DNA of 64,000 nt from Flavobacteriales bacterium (GCA_028281825.1 JANQJC010000009.1:8138-72137), one strand, 5' to 3'. Shown: positions 20,021 through 29,836, numbered from the stretch's first letter. Numbers and translations: made by a program. The notes: a model not told the origin generated them from the sequence alone.

Positions 20021-21457
20021 TTAATCTTTAATGCTGTAAAAGTTCTTTGCTTTTTCTTTAAGCTCAGACATGTCTTGGGTTTCTATCGAAATCAGGAACT
20101 CTTCAATGGCCATATCATTGCTTAAATCTACTCTTGAGTATATATCTCCAGATTTGAACTCCCCAGGCATTTCACTATCTAGCAATGTTAATTTCTCAAG
20201 CAGCAATTTAGTTCTTGCTAAATCGAACTTTTCCAAAAAGTATTCCTCCTTGAGCTTATTCTTAATCAAACCTTTAAAGTCATGAAAGGAGTTTATGCTA
20301 ACTAAACTCTCATTGATGGTTATCCAATTTTCAATTTGATTGATAATATCTTTAAAATGCCTTTTGTTTTTATTATGGACGTTGCTTTCTTCAGGAAGAC
20401 TAGGTAAGATAGGTCTTAAATAATCTAGAATTTCCTTTAGCTCACTTGGTTTTAAGGTTCTAATTGCTAAATTCAATGGGTAAAACACCGTATGAAAATA
20501 AACCTGTATATCCCTTTCATTACAAAATGATATCATGTCAGGTATTTCCTTCCAGTTATTTCTCATGGCACAAGCAGAAATACCAATAAAGGTGTTCTTC
20601 TCACGACAGTAATTGATATACCACTTAACGTTTTCCATCACCCTTTCAAATTTGGCATTCACCCTTATACTTTCATAGGTTTCTTTTTGGAGAGAGTCTA
20701 ATGAAATATTGATGTGGAAATTAGTCTTATTAAGAATGCTTTTTACGCGATTGTTAAGTATAGTAGCGTTCGTCTGAACTTGAATCCTGACGTTTGGATT
20801 AATCTCCATAATTAACTCCCAAATCTTATAGTAAGTTTCTATAAGAAAAGGTTCTCCACCATAAAATTTTACATCTTCCAAGTAAGGAATAAACTCTTTT
20901 AATTGTTCGATGAATGTATTGTCATAAGGACTTACTAGCGGTTCTCTTTTTTCACGATTTGCCCTTATTAATGAAGAAAAATCACCATTGCACATAGTAC
21001 ACTCAAGGTTGCATAAATTCTCCAATTCAAATTCCATAACCGATGGATATCCGTTAGGGTTTTGTCTATGCAAGTCATATTGTTTGGATTTTACAGCATC
21101 AAAGTTTTCAGCGACCAAGTGAGCGAGGCAACCTTTGCAACCGTATGAAAAGTCATAGTTCGCTAAGGCATCTCGTAATTTTTTTGTGTTTTCGCCAAAC
21201 CAGATTTCCTTAATTGATTCTTCTGGATATGTTCCTAAAATGAATTGTCTATTGTAGCAGCATACCGCCAATCTTCCATGATGACCAAAATAAATACTCC
21301 TATATGGAGCATAACATGCACTGGAATTATTAAATTGTTTTCTCCGACTGTTATACTCTATTGTGAGTTCCTCGGTAATCCCATCACTTGCTTTCGATAG
21401 ATTTGGGATTTTTTTTTCAGAGAAAAAGTTGCTTAGAGTTCTTAAAAATTTGTTCAT
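20021..21457 (-). CDS. Radical SAM enzyme with N-terminal SPASM-like Cys-rich domain (copy A)
   Basis: The CxxxCxxC motif is CNLECTMC, followed by the glycine-rich SAM motif FYGGEPF. About 90 aa upstream of the core is a C-x12-G-x4-CC motif (CYAPYRSIYFGHHGRLAVCC) and a CKGC pair. Confidence 0.75.
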   Translation of the reverse strand: MNKFLRTLSNFFSEKKIPNLSKASDGITEELTIEYNSRRKQFNNSSACYAPYRSIYFGHHGRLAVCCYNRQFILGTYPEESIKEIWFGENTKKLRDALANYDFSYGCKGCLAHLVAENFDAVKSKQYDLHRQNPNGYPSVMEFELENLCNLECTMCNGDFSSLIRANREKREPLVSPYDNTFIEQLKEFIPYLEDVKFYGGEPFLIETYYKIWELIMEINPNVRIQVQTNATILNNRVKSILNKTNFHINISLDSLQKETYESIRVNAKFERVMENVKWYINYCREKNTFIGISACAMRNNWKEIPDMISFCNERDIQVYFHTVFYPLNLAIRTLKPSELKEILDYLRPILPSLPEESNVHNKNKRHFKDIINQIENWITINESLVSINSFHDFKGLIKNKLKEEYFLEKFDLARTKLLLEKLTLLDSEMPGEFKSGDIYSRVDLSNDMAIEEFLISIETQDMSELKEKAKNFYSIKD

Positions 21458-21497
21458 TATTTAAAATGCAACATGATTTATCCCAATCATAATAGAA

Positions 21498-22895
21498 TTA
21501 TAGGTTTTCGAGATCTTTTTTCTCGAGAGAAATAATATAATCCTCAACTAAAAAATCGTTGCTAAGGTCAACCTTTGATATATGACCAGTATAACTATAA
21601 TTGTCTGGAAGTCGTTCATGAATAAAGCCCATTTTCTTAATAATGGAGTCAGCTCTCTCGGAAGAAAATTTCCGAAGAAAATAAGGTTCACTTAGCTTGT
21701 TTTCTATAAATGACTTAATAGCCTCAAATGAATTCAAATTAGCCTTGGTTTCCTTTATCCTCGCCCAATCATTAATTTGGTTTATGACATCGCCTAAATG
21801 TTTTTTGTTCTTTTTTTCTAAACTGCTTATCTCTGGAAGGTCTGAAATGATTTCATTGTAAGTTTTTCTGATGAGATTTAAGTTCTCAAGTTCTAAATCT
21901 CTTATTGATAGTTCAAGAGGGTAAAAGACAGTGTGGAAATAAACCTGAACACTTTTCTCATTGCAGAATTTGACCATTTCGGGTAATTCTTCCCAGTTAT
22001 TCCTCATTGCGCATGCTGAAATACCTATAAAAGTTTCTTTTTCATGACAATAATCTATGAACCATTTTATATTTTCTATAACCCTTTCAAATTTTCCATT
22101 AATTCGAATGCTTTCATATGTTTCTTTATTAAGGGAGTCCAGTGAAATATTGATATGGAAATTGGTTTTATTGAGAATGTTCTTAACTCGATTATTGAGG
22201 ATGGTAGCATTGGTTTGAACCGAAATTCTGACATTGGGATTAACTTCCATAATTAACTCCCAAATCTTGTAATAGATCTCGATTAAGAACGGTTCACCAC
22301 CGTAAAACTTTACTTCCTCAAGATGTGGGATAAACTCTTTTAATTGTTCAATAAATGCAGCGTCATAAGGAATGTCAAGTGGTTCTCTTTTTTCACGATT
22401 AGCCCTTATCAGTGAAGAAAAATCACCATTGCACATAATGCACTCCAAGTTGCATAAGTTCTCCAATTCAAATTCCATCACTGATGGATACTTGTTTCTA
22501 TTGAGCTTTTGTAAGTCATACTGCTGGGCTTTTGTAGCATCAAAATTGCTAGCGGCCAACTGCATTAAACATCCATCACAACCATTTGAGAAGTCATATT
22601 TTGTGAGAGCATCTCGTAATTTGTTAGCATTTTCTCCAAACCAAATATCTTTGATTGACTGTTCTGGATAAGTGCCTAAAGTATATTGCCGGGTATAGCA
22701 GCAAACGGATAACCTTCCATGATGTCCAAAGTAGATGCTCTTAAAAGGTGCATAGCAAGCCACTTTTTGCGGACCTTTTGGACGACTATTATTATACTCT
22801 TTAACTAACTCTGGGGTGATTCCGCCGCTGGCTTGAGACAGGTCGGGAACTATCTCTTTCCTAAATAGATTGCTTACCTTGTCCAAAAACTCCAT
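21498..22895 (-). CDS. Radical SAM enzyme with N-terminal SPASM-like Cys-rich domain (copy B, tandem paralog)
   Basis: It carries CNLECIMC, FYGGEPF and the same N-terminal C-x12-G-x4-CC plus CDGC. It is collinear with copy A, with clear nucleotide-level similarity across the core. Confidence 0.75.
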   Translation of the reverse strand: MEFLDKVSNLFRKEIVPDLSQASGGITPELVKEYNNSRPKGPQKVACYAPFKSIYFGHHGRLSVCCYTRQYTLGTYPEQSIKDIWFGENANKLRDALTKYDFSNGCDGCLMQLAASNFDATKAQQYDLQKLNRNKYPSVMEFELENLCNLECIMCNGDFSSLIRANREKREPLDIPYDAAFIEQLKEFIPHLEEVKFYGGEPFLIEIYYKIWELIMEVNPNVRISVQTNATILNNRVKNILNKTNFHINISLDSLNKETYESIRINGKFERVIENIKWFIDYCHEKETFIGISACAMRNNWEELPEMVKFCNEKSVQVYFHTVFYPLELSIRDLELENLNLIRKTYNEIISDLPEISSLEKKNKKHLGDVINQINDWARIKETKANLNSFEAIKSFIENKLSEPYFLRKFSSERADSIIKKMGFIHERLPDNYSYTGHISKVDLSNDFLVEDYIISLEKKDLENL

Positions 22896-22951
22896 CTCGC
22901 AACTTTACTAAGTTTTCTATAAAGATAGCATTTGTAAGTGAAACATAGATT

Positions 22952-24733
22952 TTAAACCCACCTTTGCCACCAATTTTCCATCACGGCTATTTTCCATAAA
23001 CGCCAGTGGGCCTTTTCATTAATAAGCTTGTTTATATACTCCTTGTTTAAAACTTGTTCTGACAGAAGTTTACCTGGTAGAATAATGTTCTTATACCACT
23101 CGATATCCATATAATAACTGTCAGGTCCTACAAATCCTTGCTTTTTTCTTTCTAATATCTTCTTGGGAAGCTTGTTTTTTATGTTCTCATGAAGAAGGAA
23201 CTTGGTCACATTAGGTTTGAAATAGACGCTTTCTTTAAAAGTAAAGACTTTTTCAAACAATTCATGATCAAGAAAGGGTACTCTGACTTCAAGTGAATGA
23301 GCCATACTAGCCCTGTCTATCTTGGTAAGAACCAACTCTCCCATAAAGCATTTGATGTCCATTTTTTGAATGGACTTTAATGGGCTAAGACTTCCATTGT
23401 AATGTTGTCTATAAAACCAGTCAGTATCAGAGTTAATTTCTGACCTTAAATCAGGATTTAAGGCACCAGATAACTCGTTTAGGTTAAACCTGCCCATAGC
23501 CATATACTCGGCATATTCATCAACCGCCGAATTTCGCCGGTTACAGAATAGATTTTTTAACTTGCCTGGCAAACTTGAAGGGTTCCATTGAGCATAGTAT
23601 GTTTTTTGCCACTCATAGCCTCCAAATAATTCATCCGCACCTTCACCACTCATCACTGCTTTCACCTCGCTTGCTGCTAATCCGCTTACAATGTAAGTTG
23701 GGATAATAGAGATATCCGCAATTGGTTCGTCATAAATGGTGCTTAACTTACCAAGTACATCCAAGCTTTCACTACCAACAATTTTCGAAAAATGCTCAGT
23801 TTTTAATTGCTCTGAAACTATTTCTGCAAACTGATGTTCACTATTATCCCAATTTTCAAAACCTATTGAAAAGGTTTTTAGGTTTTGCTTCTGTTGCGAC
23901 AAGTAATAAACAATTGCACTGCTATCATAGCCCCCACTCAAAAATGAACCAATTTCGACATCACTTCTGGAATGTATATTGATCGAATCAGCCAGCATCC
24001 CACCAATTTCCTCTGCTAGTTGATTTGAGTTAGTACTTAAATCAGTACTATTAAGTGTCCAATATTCAGATATATTGGTGCTTTTAGATTGCAAATCAAC
24101 TTTAAGGTAATGAGCGGGGGGAAGTTTATAGGTGTCTTTCCAAATGGTTTTGGGTGATGGGATATACCTGTAAACGAAATAGTCTGCAAATGAGCTAAAG
24201 TCAATTTCTTTGGCTGGAATCCCTGATTTGAGAATAGCTTTTAATTCACTTGCAAAAATGAAATGACTCCCTTTCTTAAAGTAGTAAAGAGGCTTAATGC
24301 CAAATCGGTCTCTGACTAAATATAACTTGTGATTAGCTTCATCCAGCATAGCAAAGGCGAACATCCCTTTTATCTTTTGTAACAAGTCATCAACCCCCCA
24401 TTGTTCAAATCCATGCAGTAGAACTTCCGTATCTGAAGTGGATTTGAAAGTGTGCCCTAATGCAACCAACTCAGTTCTTAACTCCGAATAGTTGTATATT
24501 TCCCCATTCAAGATTACCCATAATGTTCCATTCTCATTGCACATGGGTTGTCTACCAGATTCTGATAAGTCGAGAAATGAAAGCCTTCTATGACCCAGTA
24601 TTACATTGGTTTTTTCTGAATAATAATTGGCAGCATCATCAGGTCCGCGGTGGGCAATAGTATCACGCATCTTAGTAAAAAGATGTTCATCGATATTATC
24701 TTGATAACTAACCCAACCTGCTATGCCACACAT
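22952..24733 (-). CDS. Asparagine synthetase (glutamine-hydrolysing) family amidotransferase, AsnB-like
   Basis: The Ntn nucleophile is MCGIAGW. The start was moved to the Met preceding Cys, because the ORF-track start 29 codons upstream is a likely artefact. The glutaminase domain is followed by the PP-loop SGGYDSS, and a long C-terminal domain is present. Confidence 0.85.
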   Translation of the reverse strand: MCGIAGWVSYQDNIDEHLFTKMRDTIAHRGPDDAANYYSEKTNVILGHRRLSFLDLSESGRQPMCNENGTLWVILNGEIYNYSELRTELVALGHTFKSTSDTEVLLHGFEQWGVDDLLQKIKGMFAFAMLDEANHKLYLVRDRFGIKPLYYFKKGSHFIFASELKAILKSGIPAKEIDFSSFADYFVYRYIPSPKTIWKDTYKLPPAHYLKVDLQSKSTNISEYWTLNSTDLSTNSNQLAEEIGGMLADSINIHSRSDVEIGSFLSGGYDSSAIVYYLSQQKQNLKTFSIGFENWDNSEHQFAEIVSEQLKTEHFSKIVGSESLDVLGKLSTIYDEPIADISIIPTYIVSGLAASEVKAVMSGEGADELFGGYEWQKTYYAQWNPSSLPGKLKNLFCNRRNSAVDEYAEYMAMGRFNLNELSGALNPDLRSEINSDTDWFYRQHYNGSLSPLKSIQKMDIKCFMGELVLTKIDRASMAHSLEVRVPFLDHELFEKVFTFKESVYFKPNVTKFLLHENIKNKLPKKILERKKQGFVGPDSYYMDIEWYKNIILPGKLLSEQVLNKEYINKLINEKAHWRLWKIAVMENWWQRWV

Positions 24734-24789
24734 ATGATGCAATCTGGATGTTGAGAAAATGGGTGGAAGTTCAAAGTAGAGGTGCTTTT

Positions 24790-24797
24790 GGTATGGA
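24790..24797 (-). promoter_or_regulatory. Candidate Bacteroidota sigma-A -7 box (TATATTTG on minus strand) for the asnB / radical-SAM / SGNH / GT operon
   Basis: It matches TAnnTTTG and lies about 55 nt upstream of the MCGIAG start. Confidence 0.25.
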
Positions 24798-24882
24798 ACA
24801 AATATAAGCACACAATACATATTGACAATTAATGATATTAGATGCCCGTGTTATGGTATTGTTTCATTGTTCATGAAATTGG

Positions 24883-24890
24883 TACTTTTG
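24883..24890 (+). promoter_or_regulatory. Candidate Bacteroidota sigma-A -7 box (TACTTTTG) for the wzm-led 14-gene operon
   Basis: It matches TAnnTTTG and lies 31 nt upstream of the ATG at 24922, in the divergent intergenic region. Confidence 0.3.
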
Positions 24891-24921
24891 CTTTATTCCA
24901 CTTAGTGAGCAGACATTTTTA

Positions 24922-25734
24922 ATGAAGAGGATAATTACCAGTGAACCAGATAGCTTAATCCAATACTTGAAGAAGATTTGGGAGTATCGTTCTTTGGTAA
25001 TGGTATTTGCCAGGCGTGATTTAAAAGTTAAATACGCACAAACCTTGCTTGGATTGGGTTGGACCATCATTCAACCACTCACAGGCCTTTTCATTTTCAC
25101 TTTTTTCTTTGGGTATATTTTAAACTTGAATGCCCAGAGTTTGCCTTTTCCACTTTATGTGCTTTCAGGGTTATTGGGTTGGAACTACTTCAGTTATATT
25201 GTTTTTCAGGGTATAGGCGGCGTTCAGGAATCAGGGCATTTCATAAGAAAGGTATACTTCCCTAAGTCTTTATTGCCTTTGTCAAAAGTATTGGTAGGCT
25301 TGGTTGAGTTATCAGTCAGTTTTCTATTACTTATCCCTTTATTGATGTGGTACGGTGAAGGTCTTTCATGGAGGATAATTTTTATACCTGTATTGCTATT
25401 ATTTAACACATTGATTGCCTTATTTGTAGTATTTTTGGTTACTTCTTTTTCCTATCGATTAAGGGACTTATACCACTTGGTGCCGTTTGTCATGTACTTC
25501 GGTATATGGATAACTCCAGTTTTTTTTACTATAGATGTGCTACCAGAGCAACTTCACTTTCTTTGGTTTTTAAATCCCATGGCTTCAGTTGTTGAAGGGT
25601 GGCGATGGTGCCTCTTTAGTGATTGGGCTTTTAACATTAGATTTTTACCAGCATTACTATGTATTATACCAGCCTTCTTGTTCAGTGTGGTATTGTACAG
25701 TAAAGCTGAAAGTAAATTCAGTGATTTTGCATGA
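24922..25734 (+). CDS. ABC-2 type polysaccharide/glycoconjugate export permease (Wzm/TagG-like)
   Basis: It has six predicted transmembrane helices. The N-terminal cytoplasmic stretch (YRSLVMVFARRDLKVKYAQTLLG) is typical of ABC-2 permeases. It overlaps the downstream ATPase by 4 nt. Confidence 0.7.
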   Translation: MKRIITSEPDSLIQYLKKIWEYRSLVMVFARRDLKVKYAQTLLGLGWTIIQPLTGLFIFTFFFGYILNLNAQSLPFPLYVLSGLLGWNYFSYIVFQGIGGVQESGHFIRKVYFPKSLLPLSKVLVGLVELSVSFLLLIPLLMWYGEGLSWRIIFIPVLLLFNTLIALFVVFLVTSFSYRLRDLYHLVPFVMYFGIWITPVFFTIDVLPEQLHFLWFLNPMASVVEGWRWCLFSDWAFNIRFLPALLCIIPAFLFSVVLYSKAESKFSDFA

Positions 25735-26897
25735 GTAGTGGACCTGCCATAAAAGTTGAGAATATCTCAAAAAAGTTTACTCTTCAGCGTTCAATTGAAG
25801 ATGTTGAGGGCAATTATACCAACACGCTGTGGGCATTGAGAGATGTCTCTTTCGAAATAAAAAAAGGCGAAAGTGTAGCTCTCATAGGCCCTAATGGTAG
25901 TGGAAAAAGTACATTACTGCAGATATTGGCAGGAGTGACCAAGCCTACATCAGGAAGAGTGGAGATAGACGGAAAAGTAGCCAGCATTCTGGATATAGGG
26001 GCTGGCTTTCACCCCGAGTTAAGCGGCAGAGAGAATGTTTTCCTGAATGGACAGATATTAGGATTTACCAAAAAAGAGATACAGGCTAAGTACGATGAAA
26101 TAGTTGAATTTAGTGGGGTTAGGAACTTTATAGATGAGCCGGGGAAGAATTACAGCAAAGGGATGTATTTGCGTCTTGCCTTTAGTATTATGGCTCACCT
26201 TGATTTTGACGTTTACCTTCTGGATGAAGTACTTGGTGTGGGGGATGTAGGCTTTCGCTCAAAGTGTTTTGATAAGATTGAGCGGTTGATAGCAGAAGGA
26301 GGAAAGTCATTCTTGATAATTTCTCACGACTTAAATGAAATATCTGAGATATGTGATAAGGCATTTTTGTTGGAGGAGGGAAAAGTGTCAGACAGTATGA
26401 CTATAAACGAAGCATTATATACTTATACCAACACGGGGGAAAAACTGGTACAGGAATTGCCTGACTTTATTGATGATGTGACTGTTGAGTTCACAGGTGA
26501 AGATGGCAGGGTAAAGACGAACTTTATTAATACTGAGCCTGTGACTATATGCGTGAACAACTCATTTAATGAGAGCGGTAACAATGTTCGTGTTGGTATC
26601 AGGCTCACGGATAAACTAAATAATGTGGTGTTTAATGCTAGCCCAGTTTTGTCAAGAGAAGGAATTAAGGAAGTTGACTTTCAGGGAAAGAAACAAATAC
26701 TAGTCACTATACCTCCTAATTTGCTTAATGCAGGTTTCTTTTCCATAGATGTGGTTTACTTTGATGAAAACAAGGTACTATATGAGTTGAAAAAGGTAAG
26801 CACCTTTACGGTGAGTTTGGATATGACCTTTAAGGGACGGGGCATAGTAGGCGAAAGCGGCCCGCTAAAGCCTTATTTGGATTGGGAAGTAAAATAG
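25731..26897 (+). CDS. ABC transporter ATP-binding protein (Wzt/TagH-like) with ~140-aa C-terminal extension
   Basis: Walker A is GPNGSGKST, the signature is YSKGMYLRLAF, and Walker B is VYLLDEV. Beyond residue ~245 there is an extra beta-rich domain, as in O-antigen Wzt carbohydrate-binding domains. Confidence 0.75.
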   Translation: MSSGPAIKVENISKKFTLQRSIEDVEGNYTNTLWALRDVSFEIKKGESVALIGPNGSGKSTLLQILAGVTKPTSGRVEIDGKVASILDIGAGFHPELSGRENVFLNGQILGFTKKEIQAKYDEIVEFSGVRNFIDEPGKNYSKGMYLRLAFSIMAHLDFDVYLLDEVLGVGDVGFRSKCFDKIERLIAEGGKSFLIISHDLNEISEICDKAFLLEEGKVSDSMTINEALYTYTNTGEKLVQELPDFIDDVTVEFTGEDGRVKTNFINTEPVTICVNNSFNESGNNVRVGIRLTDKLNNVVFNASPVLSREGIKEVDFQGKKQILVTIPPNLLNAGFFSIDVVYFDENKVLYELKKVSTFTVSLDMTFKGRGIVGESGPLKPYLDWEVK

Positions 26898-26904
26898 TCA
26901 TGAA

Positions 26905-27273
26905 ATGAAAGGAGCATCTTGGATAAAAATATTTTTTGTCGGCCTTTTCTTGTGGAATGTATTCTTGATTACCACCAATACTCATATTTTTCCAGCGATT
27001 AGATTTCCCCAGTTTCCCAATAAGTACATGGGTAAACACATAACCTATTCTCAGGTCAAATTGTATAGCCACCAAAGTCAGCAGGAAGTAGACCTTATGT
27101 CGGTATTACACCCTTATGATAAACAATATTACCTATTTATTCTGAGGGCATTAGCTAACCAGAAAACAGCCGATGATATGCTTGCTTTGGTTAATAAGAC
27201 TTACCAGCGAAGGTATCAAACCAGTGATAGTCTATATTTTACTTCAGAAGTTAAAACAGTGGATATCCCATGA
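26905..27273 (+). CDS. Small signal-anchored hypothetical protein
   Basis: It has an N-terminal transmembrane segment and is operonic, overlapping both neighbours. Confidence 0.35.
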   Translation: MKGASWIKIFFVGLFLWNVFLITTNTHIFPAIRFPQFPNKYMGKHITYSQVKLYSHQSQQEVDLMSVLHPYDKQYYLFILRALANQKTADDMLALVNKTYQRRYQTSDSLYFTSEVKTVDIP

Positions 27274-28241
27274 GGTTCTTTATATACATATACTACCTCT
27301 TTTACCTGCTGTCAGGTGGTTTCAGGCATTATTACTTTGACTACATGTTCTTCAGCACACTGAAGGGAGAGCCAACTTTTGCTACTCCACTAATTATCCC
27401 TGTTGGAGAAATTACATTGATGGCTTTGGCCATTGGAGTGTTGCTTTTTCCATTGAAGAAATTTTTGCACCTGTTATTCTTCTTAGGACTATTCGTTTTT
27501 GATATGTATTTCCAAAACCAGGTGAACTTCATGAGTTGTTTTACGCTTCCTCATGTTTTTCCTTTGTTCTTTTTCCTTTTTCTGCATTATCAAAAGAATG
27601 AGAAAGCGACCGATTTAGTCACTTTTGCCGCCATGCTCGCAGTGGCTGTTGGTTATTTGGCGAGTTTTACCAGTAAAATAAATTCAGCTTGGTATAACTG
27701 GTCTGACCCAATTATCTACAGCTACATCCTAGAGTTTTATAATGGCTTTCAAGTCCCATCTTTGACATCGGCCTGGCTGGTAAACATCAAAAGCCTGTTC
27801 TTTTGGAAACTTTTAGATTACTCAGTTCTTATGATACAAGCCTCATTTATCCTCGTTTTCCTCAAGAAGAAGAGTTTTTATCCCATTACAGTTTTTGCAG
27901 TTATATTTCATATCGGGATTTTACTCACTTTGGGAATAGGTGTAGTGTTTTTCTTATATACCCTCTTTTATGCATTCACTATATTCATGTCAGTGAACAA
28001 ACCCGATGCTCTCTCCAGCATAGATAAGCCGTTCAGGTTGGGTATATATGCTTTATTGGCAGTTTTTTTTATTTTGTTTGTCACATCAAATGGGGATGTG
28101 AGGGCGTTCAATCGCTTATTGCCAGTTTCTACTTATATTTATATAGAGTATTTTTACGGGTTGATTTGTGTGGTTATTTATGCTTTTTCATTTGCCTTTT
28201 GGCAGAAAAATCAGCATCAAACTCAATTGGTAAGTATTTAA
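27270..28241 (+). CDS. Polytopic integral membrane protein, hypothetical
   Basis: About nine hydrophobic helices are predicted. There is no soluble domain. Confidence 0.45.
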   Translation: MRFFIYIYYLFYLLSGGFRHYYFDYMFFSTLKGEPTFATPLIIPVGEITLMALAIGVLLFPLKKFLHLLFFLGLFVFDMYFQNQVNFMSCFTLPHVFPLFFFLFLHYQKNEKATDLVTFAAMLAVAVGYLASFTSKINSAWYNWSDPIIYSYILEFYNGFQVPSLTSAWLVNIKSLFFWKLLDYSVLMIQASFILVFLKKKSFYPITVFAVIFHIGILLTLGIGVVFFLYTLFYAFTIFMSVNKPDALSSIDKPFRLGIYALLAVFFILFVTSNGDVRAFNRLLPVSTYIYIEYFYGLICVVIYAFSFAFWQKNQHQTQLVSI

Positions 28242-29174
28242 ATGGAGGCTCAGCAAACATATATGGAAGATACCGACTTGTACGTATTGCAACCGGACAG
28301 TATGGATATTTTCCAAAAAGGAGATCCTGATTGGTCAAGGCAATTGAAATACCTGGGCTATACTAAGATAGGTAAGTTGCCACAAGAGGTCTTAGAGGAG
28401 TTGAAAGAGAAATCAGAAACACTTGTTAAAGAGACTAAGAAAAGATACCCTAAAGGGGAGCTGTTTAATCTTATCAATTGTGATTATGACGTAAAAATGG
28501 CTTCTAATGAGATGGTGGATAATTACTTTAACCCGTTTCTCAAAGATATTATAGACACCAATAAGGCGGATGTTTATGCTGTTTCACATTTGGTGAAACC
28601 ATTTGGCCTTAAGAGCGACATTTGGCATCAGGATTCAGCGATTGTGGATGAGCGGGTTGCCTTTTCTTTAAATGCCTGGACACCGTTGGTTAACTCCACC
28701 AAACTAAATGGATGTTTATGGGTTTTTCCTGGAAGTCATATCAATACCAATCTTAATCGCCAGTTTGGGTATAATCCAGTTGAGAAGGATTTGTTGAAAT
28801 CACTTCAGAAGTATATGATACCCGTATATGTAGAAGCGGGTGAGGTATTGCTTTTTCATAGAAGTATTATTCATGGTTCATCAAGAAACTGGTTGCCATA
28901 TTCTCGTTTAGCGGTTGAAAGCGTGGTAGTTTCTAAAGATGTACAGTTTTATAATTTCCATAGGGAAGAAGCATGGTCTAAAGATAAAGTCTATGGTTTT
29001 CAAGTGGATATGGAACACTTTATGAAGCCAGATCCCAAAGAAGATTTCTACAAGGGGACTTATCCAAAGATAGAGTTTGATGACCCTGGTTTTGAAGGAA
29101 TAGCTGAGAACTTACTGAGCCATGTAGCCGAGTATCAAGCCTACGCCAAAAAGTACTACGATGGGGATGCTTGA
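28242..29174 (+). CDS. Phytanoyl-CoA dioxygenase (PhyH)-family Fe(II)/2-oxoglutarate oxygenase
   Basis: The HxD motif is WHQDSA, followed by a distal His (IIHGSSRN). The arrangement is PhyH-like. Confidence 0.6.
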   Translation: MEAQQTYMEDTDLYVLQPDSMDIFQKGDPDWSRQLKYLGYTKIGKLPQEVLEELKEKSETLVKETKKRYPKGELFNLINCDYDVKMASNEMVDNYFNPFLKDIIDTNKADVYAVSHLVKPFGLKSDIWHQDSAIVDERVAFSLNAWTPLVNSTKLNGCLWVFPGSHINTNLNRQFGYNPVEKDLLKSLQKYMIPVYVEAGEVLLFHRSIIHGSSRNWLPYSRLAVESVVVSKDVQFYNFHREEAWSKDKVYGFQVDMEHFMKPDPKEDFYKGTYPKIEFDDPGFEGIAENLLSHVAEYQAYAKKYYDGDA

Positions 29175-29826
29175 AAAAATGCTGGAAAAGAAAAACCAGC
29201 AGGTGAGAAGGCCTTATGGCTATGAAACTCCTCAATGCGTCAAAGAATTTCATGAGAACATAGATGCTATCATTGAAGAATGGAAGAATTATGTGGCTTC
29301 AAGTTCATCTAACGGGACACCAATTGATGAGCTATCATCTGCCCAAGGATACTTGAATGAAGACAAGAAGTGGAAGGCTTTTTTTGTACATATCTATGGG
29401 GAAACTCCTGTAAAAGCTACCAAGTATTTTCCTGTTACGGCCAGGTTAGCCGATAAATGGAAAGATGAAGTAAAATTGGTGTTTTTCTCCAATTTAGAGC
29501 CAGGCAAACATATCCAGCCGCACAAGGGAAACAATCATGGGGTTATCAGGTCACAGATAGGCATTGATATTGGTCAACCCGAAACAACAGGCGTGAGAGT
29601 GGAAGACAAAACCTTTCACATCAAAAACAAAGAATATTTTACGTTTGACGACACTTTTGAGCACGAGGCTTGGAATCGCGGAAGTGGGGACAGGACGGTG
29701 CTTATCATTGATAGCTGCAAGAATTTTTCTTATTTTTATAGCATTATCAACAAGTATTTGCTGAGCAAGATGAAAGACACAGAATACGTTCAGTCCACAC
29801 TTGAGAAATTGAAGAAGACAAATTAA
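29161..29826 (+). CDS. Aspartyl/asparaginyl beta-hydroxylase-family (LpxO-like) oxygenase
   Basis: The family motif LEPGKHIQPHKGNN...FDDTFEHEAWN is present. Confidence 0.65.
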   Translation: MGMLEKMLEKKNQQVRRPYGYETPQCVKEFHENIDAIIEEWKNYVASSSSNGTPIDELSSAQGYLNEDKKWKAFFVHIYGETPVKATKYFPVTARLADKWKDEVKLVFFSNLEPGKHIQPHKGNNHGVIRSQIGIDIGQPETTGVRVEDKTFHIKNKEYFTFDDTFEHEAWNRGSGDRTVLIIDSCKNFSYFYSIINKYLLSKMKDTEYVQSTLEKLKKTN

Positions 29827-29836
29827 GGTTAATACT

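Noticed and set aside
24734-24820. 29-codon N-terminal extension of the asparagine-synthetase ORF
   Set aside because: Ntn amidotransferases need Cys as residue 1 after Met removal, and MCGIAG is the canonical start. The extension is an ORF-caller artefact.
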